The notes: generated by a model from the letters alone, not told the origin. DNA of 64,000 nucleotides from a virus (IMGVR_UViG_3300027899_001695:1-64000); one strand, 5' to 3'; counted from the stretch's first letter, positions 39,015-51,200 are shown. Numbers and translations: made by a program.

Positions 39015-39680
39015 ATGATAGCACCTATTAATCGACTACGCAGGGATGAAATCGCAGAACTGGCAAAGGGACGTTGCAAGCATGGGCATACTTACTTGGA
39101 GCATTATAATTGTTTCAAGGCGGAAAAAGGAGAAGGAGAAAAGATTGGCTTCTTTGACATTGAAGCATCCAATCTAAAGGCAAACTTTGGTATAATGTTG
39201 TCGTACTGTATTAAGGAACACAATAGTGAGAAGATGTTGTATGATGTTATAACAGAGAAGGATATGAGGTCTGGTGTAATGGATAAAAGACTGGTTAGAA
39301 ATTGTATACGGGACATGAAGAAGTTTGATAGACTTGTAGGCCATTATTCTACTAAATATGACCTACCTTTTGTACGTACAAGGGCTCTCTCAATGGGTCT
39401 TAAGTTTCCTGAGTATGGTGAGATTAAACATACTGATACCTATTATATGGCAAAGAAATTGCTCTGCTTATCTAGCAATAGACAGGGAGTAGTAGCGGAG
39501 GCTATACAAGGTGAGGACATTAAGACTAGGATTGACCCCAAGTACTGGATACCTGCATTACAGGGTAATGTAAAAGCTTTGGAGTACATTCTTGACCATA
39601 ATAAAAAGGATACTCTTCAGTTGGAAGGAAACTATAAAAAGTTAGTTATATTTGTTAAACCACTACAGAAGAGCATGTAG
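39015..39680 (+). CDS. RNase H-like/DnaQ-family 3'-5' exonuclease
   Basis: FFDIEA, GHYS.KYDLPF, HTDT, HNKKD. Confidence 0.8.
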   Translation: MIAPINRLRRDEIAELAKGRCKHGHTYLEHYNCFKAEKGEGEKIGFFDIEASNLKANFGIMLSYCIKEHNSEKMLYDVITEKDMRSGVMDKRLVRNCIRDMKKFDRLVGHYSTKYDLPFVRTRALSMGLKFPEYGEIKHTDTYYMAKKLLCLSSNRQGVVAEAIQGEDIKTRIDPKYWIPALQGNVKALEYILDHNKKDTLQLEGNYKKLVIFVKPLQKSM

Positions 39681-39720
39681 TTTGAAAGTTGACACAAATG
39701 TGGGATAATTAAGTAGTAAA

Positions 39721-40116
39721 ATGAACAGGGAAGAAGCTCAGTCTACTATAGTTCAGGCTTTAATAGAAGCATTAAGAGCTAGGGCACGTAATGGTTTTGA
39801 ACTATCACAATCATCATGCCCCGTTGTTACAATGACTTTGAAGAATTCTGGGTCTATAACAGACATCCCTAATGGTAGTGTGCTTAGTTATAAAGCACCA
39901 TATGCTTCTATTGTAGAAAGAGGAATTGAAGACCATACGGAAATCGTTCCTGGATATGCAAGAAGGGGGCATATGGTGCGTAGCCACACCAGACGAGTAC
40001 GTGCCAAAGAGGGTATTCATTTCATTGAAAACTCTCTTAAAAAGGCTTTTGAAACTTTATCTAATTCAGTAGATGGGGAATTGAGGGTAAAGTTTACAAG
40101 AGTAGAACGTAGTTAA
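39721..40116 (+). CDS. HK97 gp10-like neck/tail-completion protein
   Basis: CPV.T.TLKNS, YKAPYASIVERG, HFIENSL. Confidence 0.65.
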   Translation: MNREEAQSTIVQALIEALRARARNGFELSQSSCPVVTMTLKNSGSITDIPNGSVLSYKAPYASIVERGIEDHTEIVPGYARRGHMVRSHTRRVRAKEGIHFIENSLKKAFETLSNSVDGELRVKFTRVERS

Positions 40117-40132
40117 AGTAAGGAGGATTGTT

Positions 40133-40450
40133 ATGGATAAGTATCTTGAATATCTTGTGACTCGTTTAATCGAGTGTATGAGTTTATCGGTTCCGAAGGA
40201 TAAATTGGACCAAGTATCGGCATTGATTACACGTCATGCTGCTGAATTGTTAGAACAAGTTAAAGCTTCTAAAGATGCTGAGTTTATTAAAGCCAAATTT
40301 TCCAATTTCATTAATAAAGTACTTAGTACTATAGAAGCACTTGATTTGGCAGAAACGCAGTATAAAGCTGTGCGTAAGTTAGTCTTATCAGAAATTCATG
40401 GCTGTTTGGATATGATAATAATAAATTTGGGGAAAAAAGAAGATGGATAA
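40133..40450 (+). CDS. Helical hypothetical protein
   Basis: AAGGAGG RBS. Confidence 0.55.
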   Translation: MDKYLEYLVTRLIECMSLSVPKDKLDQVSALITRHAAELLEQVKASKDAEFIKAKFSNFINKVLSTIEALDLAETQYKAVRKLVLSEIHGCLDMIIINLGKKEDG

Positions 40451-42635
40451 TAATGAACGACCTGAAGACATGTTTATAAATGACCCAGCACAAGCGGAGG
40501 CTATGAAACTTAGTTCTCCGTATGTTGCTATGTTTGATGATTACATGAAGAAGGGTGAGGGATTTTATAAAGATATTCCACAAGTAGGGCAAGTACCAGA
40601 AGTTCCTGGATTAGGAGGTGTGGGTGGAGTACCAGAAATTCCTAATATGTTTAAACGTATGGAGAAATCTAGAGAGGTTAAACATTGGGAACAGAAGATA
40701 AGAAAGCAGGGATTATATAATGAATTGAGCCACATGAATGCCTCTCAATTGGATGGAATGATTAATCGTATTGAGAAGGCGATAGAAAATAAATCTACAA
40801 AGAGGGTTACTATGAAAAAACAAAAAGCAATGATTAAAAGCTTTTCTCCTGACTTGAGGAAAGCCTTATTGCGTAAAGGTATGTCTATAGATGATGTTAG
40901 GCATGTTGAAAATGAATTTAAGACTAATCTTCCTCCTGAAGCTATTAATATAATGAATAGTTATGTTGATACTGCGGTTAGGAAAGGTTGGGGCGGTGCT
41001 GCAGTTGGGGGTCTATTAGGAGCAGGTGGTGGCCCTCTTGGGATTGCTATTGGTGCTTATATTGGTCATAAATTAGGCGAAGCTGTTGGTAGAGGGCAAA
41101 TATCGTCTAAACAGGCTAAAGTAGCGAAAGAAGCAATGCTTCAGAGGTCACAGAATGAGTTAACAAGCCAAAAGATTATTGATAAGGCATTACAACAATA
41201 TTTAAATGGTACGGCTGCTGCAGGTGGCCCTGCTGCTCCGCCTAGTGTGTCACAACAAATACTGGGTAGAGTAATGGATAGATTCTTGCCACCTAAGACG
41301 GCTACTCCTTCTGCAGGTGCAGGACCGACTGCGAGTACTTCTGGTACTACAAGTGGTGCTGGGTCTGCTGCAGGTGCAAGTTCTAATACAAGTACTGGTG
41401 CTCCTCCGCCTCCTACTGCTGGTGCAGGAGCAGGAGCACCTTCTCCTTCTGCTAGTACAGGGGCACCTTCTGCTGGTGCAGGAGCAGGAGCACCTTCTCC
41501 TTCTGCTAGTACAGGGGCACCTCAGACTGGTGCTAGTGCTGGAGCAGCTCGTTGGCAAGCTAATGTTCAAGCAGGTTTGAAAAGGCAAGCTGCTGCACAC
41601 AAAGCAGCACAGACCAAAGCAAATAAGCCAAAACAGTCTACACAACAACCTAGTCAGCAACCTGTAGATGGGGGGGCACCCCCAGGTCCTAAGCCTGTTC
41701 TTGGTGGACGTAAACAAAAGAAAGTAGAGACACCACCTATAGAACCTGAAGTAACACAGTCAGAAAAAGATGCTTCTAAGAAAGGTAGAATACCTAGGAA
41801 ACCGAAGAAACCAATGGATGCAATGAGTGAAGCATCTGCGAGACTTGCTGCAGGAGAGGATGAGGATACTATCATGAAATGGATGTTAGATAATAATATG
41901 ACAGATGACCAAATTGGTCAAGTTATGGAAGAGAGAAATAAACAGGCAATGGGCAAAATGATGAAAGGAGAGGTGAATCCAATGAAACCACAATCACCTA
42001 TTGAATTAAAAAAGGCTATTTATAGTGTAAATAGGGCTATAGAGATGATAAAGAAAGAGGCTCCTTGGACTAAGGAAGACCCATCAATGTCTCCTGCTCA
42101 AGAACAATCTGGCGGAGGAGAAGAGAAAGATATTAAGTGGCTTTCTCATGCATTGGAAGGTGGTGGGCTCGATTCTTTATCTAAACACCCTGTAGTGGGA
42201 GAAAATATTGGGAATGCTGCTGATAAGGTAGGTTCCAAGTTCTTAGAGAAGATACAATCAATGGGTAAAGAAGGTAGTTTTGACCATGCTGACCCTAAAG
42301 CGATTGGTTTAGCTATTCTTGAATCTATTGATGGTATGGCCAATGATGCTGGTGATGAGAAGATAGGAAAAGCTTGGACAGGTGCAATGGCATCTCTTAT
42401 TGATAAATATGGTAAGAAAGTTGTTGCAGATGTTGCACAAGGTCTTGCTCAAGAAGGTGGACAAGGACAATTCCGTAAAGCAGTTGCTGAACCTATTGGT
42501 CCTACGCATTATCCTGCCAAAAATAAAAAAACGGCTAAAACAGATTTTGGTGGGCAATCTGAAGTATATGGTGATGGAGCCAATATGGATACAGAGTCAC
42601 TCACTGAAAATAGCAAGATGTTAGAAACTGAATAA
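40443..42635 (+). CDS. Modular low-complexity protein, putative internal head/ejection polyprotein with glycine zipper
   Basis: Repeated hydrophobic-x-K-[A/S/G/E] sites, GWGGAAVGGLLG...GAYIG zipper, A/G/P/S/T linker. Confidence 0.5.
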   Translation: MDNNERPEDMFINDPAQAEAMKLSSPYVAMFDDYMKKGEGFYKDIPQVGQVPEVPGLGGVGGVPEIPNMFKRMEKSREVKHWEQKIRKQGLYNELSHMNASQLDGMINRIEKAIENKSTKRVTMKKQKAMIKSFSPDLRKALLRKGMSIDDVRHVENEFKTNLPPEAINIMNSYVDTAVRKGWGGAAVGGLLGAGGGPLGIAIGAYIGHKLGEAVGRGQISSKQAKVAKEAMLQRSQNELTSQKIIDKALQQYLNGTAAAGGPAAPPSVSQQILGRVMDRFLPPKTATPSAGAGPTASTSGTTSGAGSAAGASSNTSTGAPPPPTAGAGAGAPSPSASTGAPSAGAGAGAPSPSASTGAPQTGASAGAARWQANVQAGLKRQAAAHKAAQTKANKPKQSTQQPSQQPVDGGAPPGPKPVLGGRKQKKVETPPIEPEVTQSEKDASKKGRIPRKPKKPMDAMSEASARLAAGEDEDTIMKWMLDNNMTDDQIGQVMEERNKQAMGKMMKGEVNPMKPQSPIELKKAIYSVNRAIEMIKKEAPWTKEDPSMSPAQEQSGGGEEKDIKWLSHALEGGGLDSLSKHPVVGENIGNAADKVGSKFLEKIQSMGKEGSFDHADPKAIGLAILESIDGMANDAGDEKIGKAWTGAMASLIDKYGKKVVADVAQGLAQEGGQGQFRKAVAEPIGPTHYPAKNKKTAKTDFGGQSEVYGDGANMDTESLTENSKMLETE
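41416..41522 (+). repeat. 54-bp tandem duplication (AGAGAGAPSPSASTGAP x2)
   Basis: Exact 53-nt copies at 41416 and 41470. Confidence 0.9.
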
Positions 42636-42644
42636 GAGGTAGTT

Positions 42645-42929
42645 ATGGAGCGATTGGCTTCCGAATATGACCCTAAGACAGGGCAGTTTACGTTTACAGT
42701 AGGCGATGAGTTAACGGCTGAGATATCTCCAGAACAATATGTGGAGTTTATATCTCAGTCAATGATGCTTGTCCAACACGTTGTAGAAAATTACTTTAAT
42801 GGGTCAATGAAGAGGTTTATCAAATCAACTGAGCATGCTCCCTCAATACCCATAGATTCGGCAGATTTAGTAGAAGACTTGGATAAATGGTTGAGACATA
42901 AATCAACACATATAGATTTTGGAGCATAA
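42645..42929 (+). CDS. Hypothetical protein
   Basis: GAGGT RBS. Confidence 0.55.
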   Translation: MERLASEYDPKTGQFTFTVGDELTAEISPEQYVEFISQSMMLVQHVVENYFNGSMKRFIKSTEHAPSIPIDSADLVEDLDKWLRHKSTHIDFGA

Positions 42930-45900
42930 TATGACAGAAAGAACTATATTGTTGTCTAGAATTGAACAGATAATGAGACTTGGTAAAAAGAAAGAGCCTA
43001 CTGTTGCAGACTATTTAAGTCAGTTTGATATGGATCGGCTTATTGATACAAAGAATCCCGCTAATAATGATTATAGAAGAGAGTTTGTTAATAGTTTCTT
43101 TAAACATCTTCCTATAGATAGACGACCTATGCTATTACTAGGAAGGTCAGGTCCCCAGGTTCTAGCCTACATTAATACAGACTCCAGTTTAGCCAAAAGA
43201 CATGCCCCAGTTATGATAAGATATGAAGCTGCTATGGAAAGACAACTTCCTTTAGTTAGTGTGAAGTTATTTAATGATAAATTTAAAGATATGAGTCAAG
43301 TGGCCGCAAATTTGCAACCTTTTAGTGAAACTAAAGCAAATAATGTCAATAAAGAAGCTTTCATAAATAAGTGGGCAACTAGATTAATTTCTGATTTAAA
43401 AGCAGGAGAATTCGCACCTGATAAATTTATAGGACATGGTTTAGATGAACAAGAGTTAGCAAACCTTCCAACTAAAGTAAAACTTGTTCCAGGAAATAAG
43501 AAAGGAAAAGCAGTAAGAATCCCTAAAGAAGAACGAGAGCATCGACATTTATTACCTAAAGTTGATAAACCATTGGGAAGTGGAAAGCAACCTTTAACCA
43601 AATATCATCCTCGTGGAGCAAGTGTTCATAATCAAAAGTTATGGAGAGCTATACATCGTGCTTTACAAACACCAGAAGATATAAAGAAATTAAGTATGGA
43701 AGTAGTCAATGCTACTCCGTCTAATCAGAAGTTTTATAGTCCCTATATTGACCCTGAAACTGGGCAATTAAAAGATAGAGTTCCTAAAGATGTAGACCAA
43801 CAGTTTCATCAAGATATGAGAGACCTTATTGAGAAAAAGGGGCAAGAGTTTCATGATAGGTATATAATATCTCCAGAATATGTAGATGATGATGGTACAG
43901 TGCATCCTGCACATCCAGAGTATAATGGAAAAAAGGGGGATAAAAGCAATGCTGGAGAGTGGTCCAAGAAAACACCAGCGGATGTTAAAAGGGCATATTC
44001 CCAAGCTGAAGGAGAAATAACAGGACATCTAGAGACATATAAGGAAGATGAGAAGCTTAAAGAAGATGCAACTATAGATTCAGGAGAAGAGCCTCCCGTA
44101 ACTCCTTGGTATGAGCAACTTGGAGTAAAGGTACAACGAGAAGGTCAAGTAAAAAATGCAACAGGTATCTGGACAGATTCAAAAGGTAAGAAATACCGTC
44201 TTAAAGGCGATGAGGTTTATCATCACCCAAAAATTGGTGATATTATTGTACGAAATCTAAATGGAATGAGAACTCGTATTTTTGCTCCAGGTATAAATAG
44301 AACCTTTGTTAATAGTAAAGGTATCCAAGATATTATTAGGATGTATTTTGAACGTAACCTTCCGATACCTAAAGATTATAAACCTTATTTAATAGGGTAT
44401 GAGGATTGGAAACAGTTAGCAGTTTTAAGAGAAGAGATTTATCAAGATGATTTAAAAAAGGCAAAAACAGAGAAACAACGTCAGAAACTTACGACTGCTT
44501 ATGAAGATTGGAAAAAGAAATTTAGAGGAGTTAGTCTAAAAGCTAGAGAAGAAGATTCTAAAGAATGGGGAAACCAAGACTTAGAATCGCAGTTACTTAG
44601 AGATAATACAGACCCTAAGTTTGATATCAAGCTTAGAGAGTTTCAAGATTTACAACATGAAGGGAATTCAAATGAGATACAAAGAAAGGATTTCTATGAT
44701 GGTTTTACACCTGCTCAAAAGGACTTCTTTGACCAATTTAAGAAGAATCTTACTACTAAAATAAAAGCCCTTAAACAAAAATTTGATGCAGAACAAGACT
44801 TAAATATACCTAATCCAATGGATATTAATTTTAGTCCATTAGATGCAGGAGAGGCTAGACTTCCTTATATGAGTAATAAGGACCGTTTACAGTCTGATAG
44901 CGATAGAGAGTACCAAGCTCTTAAAGACAAAGCTGCTGAAAGTATAAAAAATACACCTGCCTTTCAAGAGTTCCATAAATGGTCTGCTTTACATGGAGAA
45001 TTAGCAAGTAAGGGGTACAAACATGTAGCATTAGATGATGCTGCAGAGGCTGCTTATGACAAAGCTTTATTAGATAGAACCGAAGCAGAAGAAAAGGCTG
45101 CGGAAAAGAAACAAAAAAATAGATACAAGAAGTACAAGGAAGCGGACGAAAATAAAAAAGGTGCTATAGGAACAACAGAAAGTAGCCAAGGAAAGAGTAA
45201 CCCTACACTTACTAAATTTGAAAAGCGTCAATTAGAATGGTTAAAAGCTAAAAAAGATATAGCAAGAACTGCGGTTAAACTTGAATATCATAAAGCTTTC
45301 GCTAAAATATTACAAGAAGCATCTCCTACTAAAGAACGTAGAATTTCGCATGTTGATAATTTACTAAGTGATGACGGTACTTATACATATGATGCAACTG
45401 TTGATTCAGATGGACAAATAACAGATATTAGGAATAAAAAGCAACTTAAGCCTAATCAAATAAAGGCTTTTAAAGAGGCCAATAGTCCATCTATGTACAA
45501 ACGTTATAATCCTGCAAGTGCTGCAGCTTATGATAAAGCTTATGCAGATAGAATGAAAAGTATGCAAACAAAAGATATTAAAGATATTAAATCAGATAGG
45601 GCAAAGAAAGTAGGCATAGAGCCTCTTTCAGATAACCCAGACCGTGGTTTTGGAGACCCTAGTCCTCATAGAGATTGGCAAGACAGATTAGATAGAGCTA
45701 TAACAGAAGCCATTAAAATTGGTACAGAAACAAAAGATTGGACAGAATTAAACCGATTATACGATGCTTTTCCAAACGAGAAGATGCATTATAGAAATAC
45801 TCAAGACCCACGCAGTAAAAGAAGTGGGGCATATGCAAAACGAGCAAATCTGGCGTTTGATAAGAAAAAACAAGAAGAAGCTGCAGCCAATGCTGCTAAA

Positions 45901-46728
45901 GCTGCTGCTAATGTACCTCCTCCACCTCCTCCAAAAGATAAAACTGCAGAACGAGATTCCGCTATTCGTTGGGAAATTGAAAGAGCCAAAGAAACTTCTA
46001 ATGCAAGCGCAAAAGAATTTGCTCTTGAAGCGAGTCAAAAAGGTATAAGAGACCCAAAAGAAAAACAAAAATATATTGATGATGGAATGGACCAGGCTTT
46101 TAATAGAGAGCTTATGTATATTGGAAAGAAGTTTGGTGTAATTATTACGCCCTCTGCGCCTATAAAAACTAAACCTGAGAAACCGATAAAATCGCCTGAA
46201 GGTAAGAGACGTGAAAAGGACCCTACTAGACCTTGGGTAGAAGAGAATAAAAATAAAGTAACTTATAAGATAGAGGAACTTCCACAAACTGTTAAAGAAC
46301 AAACAAAAGTTAAAGATAAAGCACGTATTAATGCTGGAATTAAACATCTTGAAGATAAAACAAAGAAGCTTACTGCTAAGAAAGTTGAAGCACCTGTTCC
46401 AGAAGAGGAGGTACCTGAGAAACCTAAAACTTGGCAAGAACGGCTAGCTACTATAAAGGCTGAACGAGCAAGTTCAGCACCTGCTTCTACCCATGTGGAA
46501 ACGAAAAAGAAAGAGACTACTTCAGAAGTTGGAGTCACTAAACAACCTAAAACTTGGCAAGAACGGTTAGCTACTATAAAGGCTGAACGAGCAACGGCAA
46601 CTCCTCCTATTCCCAAAGCTGAAAAAGGGCTGACATGGCAAGAAAGATTAGCTAATATAAAGGCTGAACGAGCAAAAAGTACTTCTAAGCAGACTTGGCA
46701 AGATAAGTTATCTACTATAGGGAATTAA
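42919..46728 (+). CDS. Large charged protein (1269 aa), putative internal virion protein
   Basis: N-terminal amphipathic helix LLSRIEQIMRLGK; C-terminal TWQERL repeats. Confidence 0.45.
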   Translation: MEHNMTERTILLSRIEQIMRLGKKKEPTVADYLSQFDMDRLIDTKNPANNDYRREFVNSFFKHLPIDRRPMLLLGRSGPQVLAYINTDSSLAKRHAPVMIRYEAAMERQLPLVSVKLFNDKFKDMSQVAANLQPFSETKANNVNKEAFINKWATRLISDLKAGEFAPDKFIGHGLDEQELANLPTKVKLVPGNKKGKAVRIPKEEREHRHLLPKVDKPLGSGKQPLTKYHPRGASVHNQKLWRAIHRALQTPEDIKKLSMEVVNATPSNQKFYSPYIDPETGQLKDRVPKDVDQQFHQDMRDLIEKKGQEFHDRYIISPEYVDDDGTVHPAHPEYNGKKGDKSNAGEWSKKTPADVKRAYSQAEGEITGHLETYKEDEKLKEDATIDSGEEPPVTPWYEQLGVKVQREGQVKNATGIWTDSKGKKYRLKGDEVYHHPKIGDIIVRNLNGMRTRIFAPGINRTFVNSKGIQDIIRMYFERNLPIPKDYKPYLIGYEDWKQLAVLREEIYQDDLKKAKTEKQRQKLTTAYEDWKKKFRGVSLKAREEDSKEWGNQDLESQLLRDNTDPKFDIKLREFQDLQHEGNSNEIQRKDFYDGFTPAQKDFFDQFKKNLTTKIKALKQKFDAEQDLNIPNPMDINFSPLDAGEARLPYMSNKDRLQSDSDREYQALKDKAAESIKNTPAFQEFHKWSALHGELASKGYKHVALDDAAEAAYDKALLDRTEAEEKAAEKKQKNRYKKYKEADENKKGAIGTTESSQGKSNPTLTKFEKRQLEWLKAKKDIARTAVKLEYHKAFAKILQEASPTKERRISHVDNLLSDDGTYTYDATVDSDGQITDIRNKKQLKPNQIKAFKEANSPSMYKRYNPASAAAYDKAYADRMKSMQTKDIKDIKSDRAKKVGIEPLSDNPDRGFGDPSPHRDWQDRLDRAITEAIKIGTETKDWTELNRLYDAFPNEKMHYRNTQDPRSKRSGAYAKRANLAFDKKKQEEAAANAAKAAANVPPPPPPKDKTAERDSAIRWEIERAKETSNASAKEFALEASQKGIRDPKEKQKYIDDGMDQAFNRELMYIGKKFGVIITPSAPIKTKPEKPIKSPEGKRREKDPTRPWVEENKNKVTYKIEELPQTVKEQTKVKDKARINAGIKHLEDKTKKLTAKKVEAPVPEEEVPEKPKTWQERLATIKAERASSAPASTHVETKKKETTSEVGVTKQPKTWQERLATIKAERATATPPIPKAEKGLTWQERLANIKAERAKSTSKQTWQDKLSTIGN
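46421..46728 (+). repeat. Four KTWQERLATIKAERA-like repeats
   Basis: Near-identical ~50-nt copies at ~46421 and ~46544; diverged copies at ~46633 and ~46693. Confidence 0.85.
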
Positions 46729-46730
46729 TA

Positions 46731-48236
46731 ATGGAAGAAGTAATGTATACATATAAGTCTGGGGAAAATGAGGTAACTTTACAGGAACAAAATGGTAAAT
46801 ATACGGTTATTACGAATGGAAGTCCTGTACTATCTACTTCTGTGTTCCCAGATGCTTTAAATAAGTACTATCGTGATATTTCTACTATTTCTGATGCCCA
46901 GCAAAGTGGTCATGATATGGCTATGACCTTATTTGGTAATGAGGTAGTAAAAATAAATAGAGTTATTATTCCTCGACTGGCTCAATTGGGCCATTTAAAG
47001 GAGTCTAGGTATGTTAAAATGCTAACAAAGCAGTTAGAAGATGTTATGAAGTTTGTACCGCCAAGAGAGGCAGGGGCATGGATTCCGTCTCCAAATGATG
47101 GTGATATGAATCAAGGCACAAATGAGATTAATTTACATCCTAGTAGAGAAAGCGGTTATAAAGTAAAGAAAGTTAAACTACGCCAAGCTGATACAGGTAT
47201 GCAACCCTATAATGAGTTTAATGATTTACCGCATTCCGAAGTAGAGAGGCCCACTAAGATATCTAATACATATCAACAGAAGGTTAAAACTAGAGAACAA
47301 AGACCTATTGAGGGAGATTACTTTGAACCCGCCTATTTAAGCAAGGAGTACCAATATAATACAGATTGGACTCCTGAAGAAGAAGCGTTTGCTAAGAAAT
47401 ATTATGAAGAAGAAAGCGGAGAAGGTAGCTGGGATAAGTTAGATGATTGGACTAAAGGAATTGAAATTGCTAGACCCACACACGAAAATATGACCAAAGA
47501 TGACGTTATAGGAACTTTAAGAGATAAATATGTTAAACCTGTTTCAAAAGATAAGGTATTAAATACAATACCTTATAAAAACTTACCTCCGCCTATTTTA
47601 AATATGCGTAAGTCTAGAGTAGCAAGAGATGATGCCTTTGATTTAGGCGAGAAGGTAGGTGTTGATTTTAATAAGGTAGGGTTTGATGATTGGATGGAAG
47701 GGTTAAAGATAGAGCATGAGCATAAAGATGTAGTGCATGATGACCATCTTATGATTGCTAAGATTGCGAATGCCCATCTTAAAGAAGACCCTAAGTATTA
47801 CACAAAGCTTAAGAAATATGTAGAAAAGAGTTTAAGAAAAGAAGCAGAGAAGATGACAGAAGGCGAACAAGCACATCAGAATATGGGATTGGAGAATAAA
47901 CAGCGTAATGGCAGGCCTCAACCACCTATTAGTGGTGGAAAGATGGAGAAAGCCGCATTTTCTCCAGATGCCCCAAAGGTTGTAACTGGCGAGACACAGG
48001 AACCTATTGAAATTCGTAAGGAGGGAATCGGTAGTTTTTCAATTGAAAATGCAGATTATAATCCTGAGATTGACAACAATGTAGGTCGTCCAAAGAAACT
48101 TGTTTTACGCCAACAACTGGAGGACGGAGGCGATGTGGAAGAAAATAAAGGAGAGTTCTTTAAGAACTCAAAGGATTTTTATTCATTGAAGTCTTGGATT
48201 AGTTCAATTATCGAGGAGAAACATGGCAGAGTATAA
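46731..48236 (+). CDS. Modular putative head protein containing a DUF5661-like domain
   Basis: GLKIEHEH...AKIANAHLKEDPKYYTKL. Confidence 0.6.
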   Translation: MEEVMYTYKSGENEVTLQEQNGKYTVITNGSPVLSTSVFPDALNKYYRDISTISDAQQSGHDMAMTLFGNEVVKINRVIIPRLAQLGHLKESRYVKMLTKQLEDVMKFVPPREAGAWIPSPNDGDMNQGTNEINLHPSRESGYKVKKVKLRQADTGMQPYNEFNDLPHSEVERPTKISNTYQQKVKTREQRPIEGDYFEPAYLSKEYQYNTDWTPEEEAFAKKYYEEESGEGSWDKLDDWTKGIEIARPTHENMTKDDVIGTLRDKYVKPVSKDKVLNTIPYKNLPPPILNMRKSRVARDDAFDLGEKVGVDFNKVGFDDWMEGLKIEHEHKDVVHDDHLMIAKIANAHLKEDPKYYTKLKKYVEKSLRKEAEKMTEGEQAHQNMGLENKQRNGRPQPPISGGKMEKAAFSPDAPKVVTGETQEPIEIRKEGIGSFSIENADYNPEIDNNVGRPKKLVLRQQLEDGGDVEENKGEFFKNSKDFYSLKSWISSIIEEKHGRV

Positions 48237-51200
48237 GTGGCAAAGAAGAGAAAGGAAACAAAAAAAGAATAGAGAACGTATGCCTAAACATGGTAAGGCA
48301 CAGGCACAAATTTATTCTGATAGCTTAGAAAAGCGGGAAAAGGAGAAGAATAAATTGCTTGGTAGGATTGATAAAATGCTTATGAAGCAAACTCCTCTTG
48401 AAGACACTATGGGTAAGAATCTTCAAACTATAAAACCGCAACAGTTAGCAAAAGTAACTAATACAACTATACCTCAAGCAGGACAACAGATTAAACAGCA
48501 ACAAACCCAGAATAGGCAGGTAGGACAAAATGCTCCTCAGCAACCACCCGCACAGAGAAACATATCCTTTGGCCCTAATGGAGCAGACTTATTACCAAAT
48601 GAGATAAAACAACGTCTGGATAAGTTTAATAGTCAGGACCAACTTATGCAGATAAATGAGACTGTAAATCTTAATGCTAAGAATCCGCAAGATTATGAGA
48701 TGGCCAAGTATCTAGCACGGTCTGGTAGTCCAAAGGTGCAAACAATGGCATTGAATAAGCTATCAGCACAGGATTTAGATACAATGATACAACCAACGAG
48801 TCCTAATACAGATGCCGTAGCGATACTTGCTCAAAAGACTCAAAATCCTAGCTATATGCGTAGTATGACAAAACATACTTCTCCCCAAGTACGAATGAAT
48901 CTGTTAAAGAATCCGAATATAACTGACTTGACGATGAGTGAGATGTATGATGATAATGATGACCAGATACGGAATCGGATTGTAGGACAATCAACTAATC
49001 AAGAGCTATTACATTTATTCATTAGTGATAAGAATCCACAAATACGTGCTAGATTAGTAGATAAACTTGACCACGATGGTCTAAAGATTTTACTTACAGA
49101 CTCAGACCCTCATGTACAAGCAATGGCTAAAAAGAAGCTACAAGGTCGTTTTAGTAAAATGGAAAAGTCTGGCAACTTCCAGAAACCTAAACGCCCAATT
49201 TTTATTCAACAAGAGACAGATAGACTTGATAATAATCAGACGACCAGTATCTCTCCTGAGAGACTACCACACTTTAGTCATTTAGGAGATGTAGGTAGTA
49301 ATTCTGTTAATGGTAAGACTTATAATACTCCTTCCTTTAGCAACAAGTCTCTTATATTAAAAGAGATTACTCATTTTATAAAAAAAGCGGAAGGAGAGAT
49401 AGAACATAGGATGCTCAAACCTGAAGATATACAGGCTTGGATTGAGGACCAGATTAAAAGTGCTAAAGAAGAATATCCAGATATAGATATAAATGATATT
49501 AATAGTAAGAATCTGTCTCCTTTACATTCTCGTGTTATCAAACCTATTATATATGCAAAACAATTACTTGTAGATTACCCAGAGTTAAATGCAAAAGATA
49601 GAGCAAATATAACAGGCACCTTCAAAAATGGTAAATTAGAAGCGGTTCATTCAATAAGAGAAAGTGGTCCTTTTGGTTCTCATCTAAATGTGGTACTTTC
49701 TCATATTAAAAATGCTAATCCAAATAACCCAAATGCTTCTAAAGGTATGGGTAAGGCTGCTGCACGTAGAGCCATTGAAATTAGCCGTAATGGTGGAAAA
49801 ACTTTAACAATTAGTCCAGATACGAATGCTGCAGAATGGTGGCGTAAAAATGTAAAAGACCCTACGAATGGGATGATTACAATTAAACCTGCTGAATATG
49901 AGGGGGTGTTATCACGAATGGACACTCCTAAGATTGAAAATGAAATGGATGAAGAGTTTACATCCTATGCAGAACCTTTGAGAAAAGATAAGATAATGAA
50001 AGCTGACAAGCAGAAGACTTTCCCAATAGAGGGGGAACAGTTACCATTGCCAGATGTAGGACATGAGTATGATAAAGAAGCTACACAGTTTCCTGTAAGA
50101 TTGCCTACTAAAGCAAATTCGTATCATAATGCATTTGGTAGATACTATCAAGGTCCAGATGGGGGAAAAAGACGTCTTGTTCCTTTAGATGAGTTAATAG
50201 ATGCGCCAAAAACACATATGGCTACGAATTTAGGTATGACTGAAAGTGGACGATGGTATAGACATAGATTTCCTGATACAATGCAAGATGAAGCTGAACA
50301 ACATGAATCGAATAGAGAGTATGATAGAGAAGAGGAAAGACGTAGACTTCAACAAGAGACAGATGATGATGAAAGAGAAAGAGAATATGGTTATGATTCT
50401 GATAGAGATGATGATGAAGATATAACAGGAGATGAGGATTATAGTAGTAGTGCAAATCTACCAGAAACAGAACTACCAAATGGGGCTATTAAACGAGGTG
50501 ACCATGTGTTCCATAAAGCTAGAAATATACAGATAAATGATGAGGAGAATGAGAAGTTTTTAAGACAGGCCTCACAGGAATGGTCTCGTTATTCTAATTA
50601 CAATCCTTCAACAAGTGGTAAATATGGAGGTAGAGGGGGTCGAGGTGCTGCTAGTGTGAGCATGCTACAGGGGGTTCTCGGTTCTTATTTTAGAGATGTA
50701 CGTGCAAAAGAAGAGGACCCTAGTTATGAACCTTGGAATAAGTATATGTTTGTAACCTCTAAAAGAGGCACAAAGAAAAAGTTAGAAGGGGCGACTCGAT
50801 ATCAGATGGGAGATGGTAATATACATATTGAATATTTAGCGTCTTCTCCACGAAATGAGAAAGGTATGCCTAATAGATTAAATGGAACTGGTAAAAGAAT
50901 AATCTATAAACTTGCTAAGATGTTAGATAAGCAATCTAAAGTTCCTGGTGGGAATCAACTGCCTTATATACATCTAACCTATCTTCCAGATGCTGTTCCT
51001 TTTTATGAAAGGATAGGTTTTAAACATGATGGGTATGGTCTTACTTTAGATACTCAGGGCATTCGTAACTTGCTTAAAAATGTGCGTAAAGATGACAAAT
51101 CAGGTAGTCCTTTCTTTAGAAAGGATGCCGATGATTGGGATAATGGATGGGATGACCCTGATGATTATGCAGAAGACGAAGTTGTTAATAAAGCTGTAGG

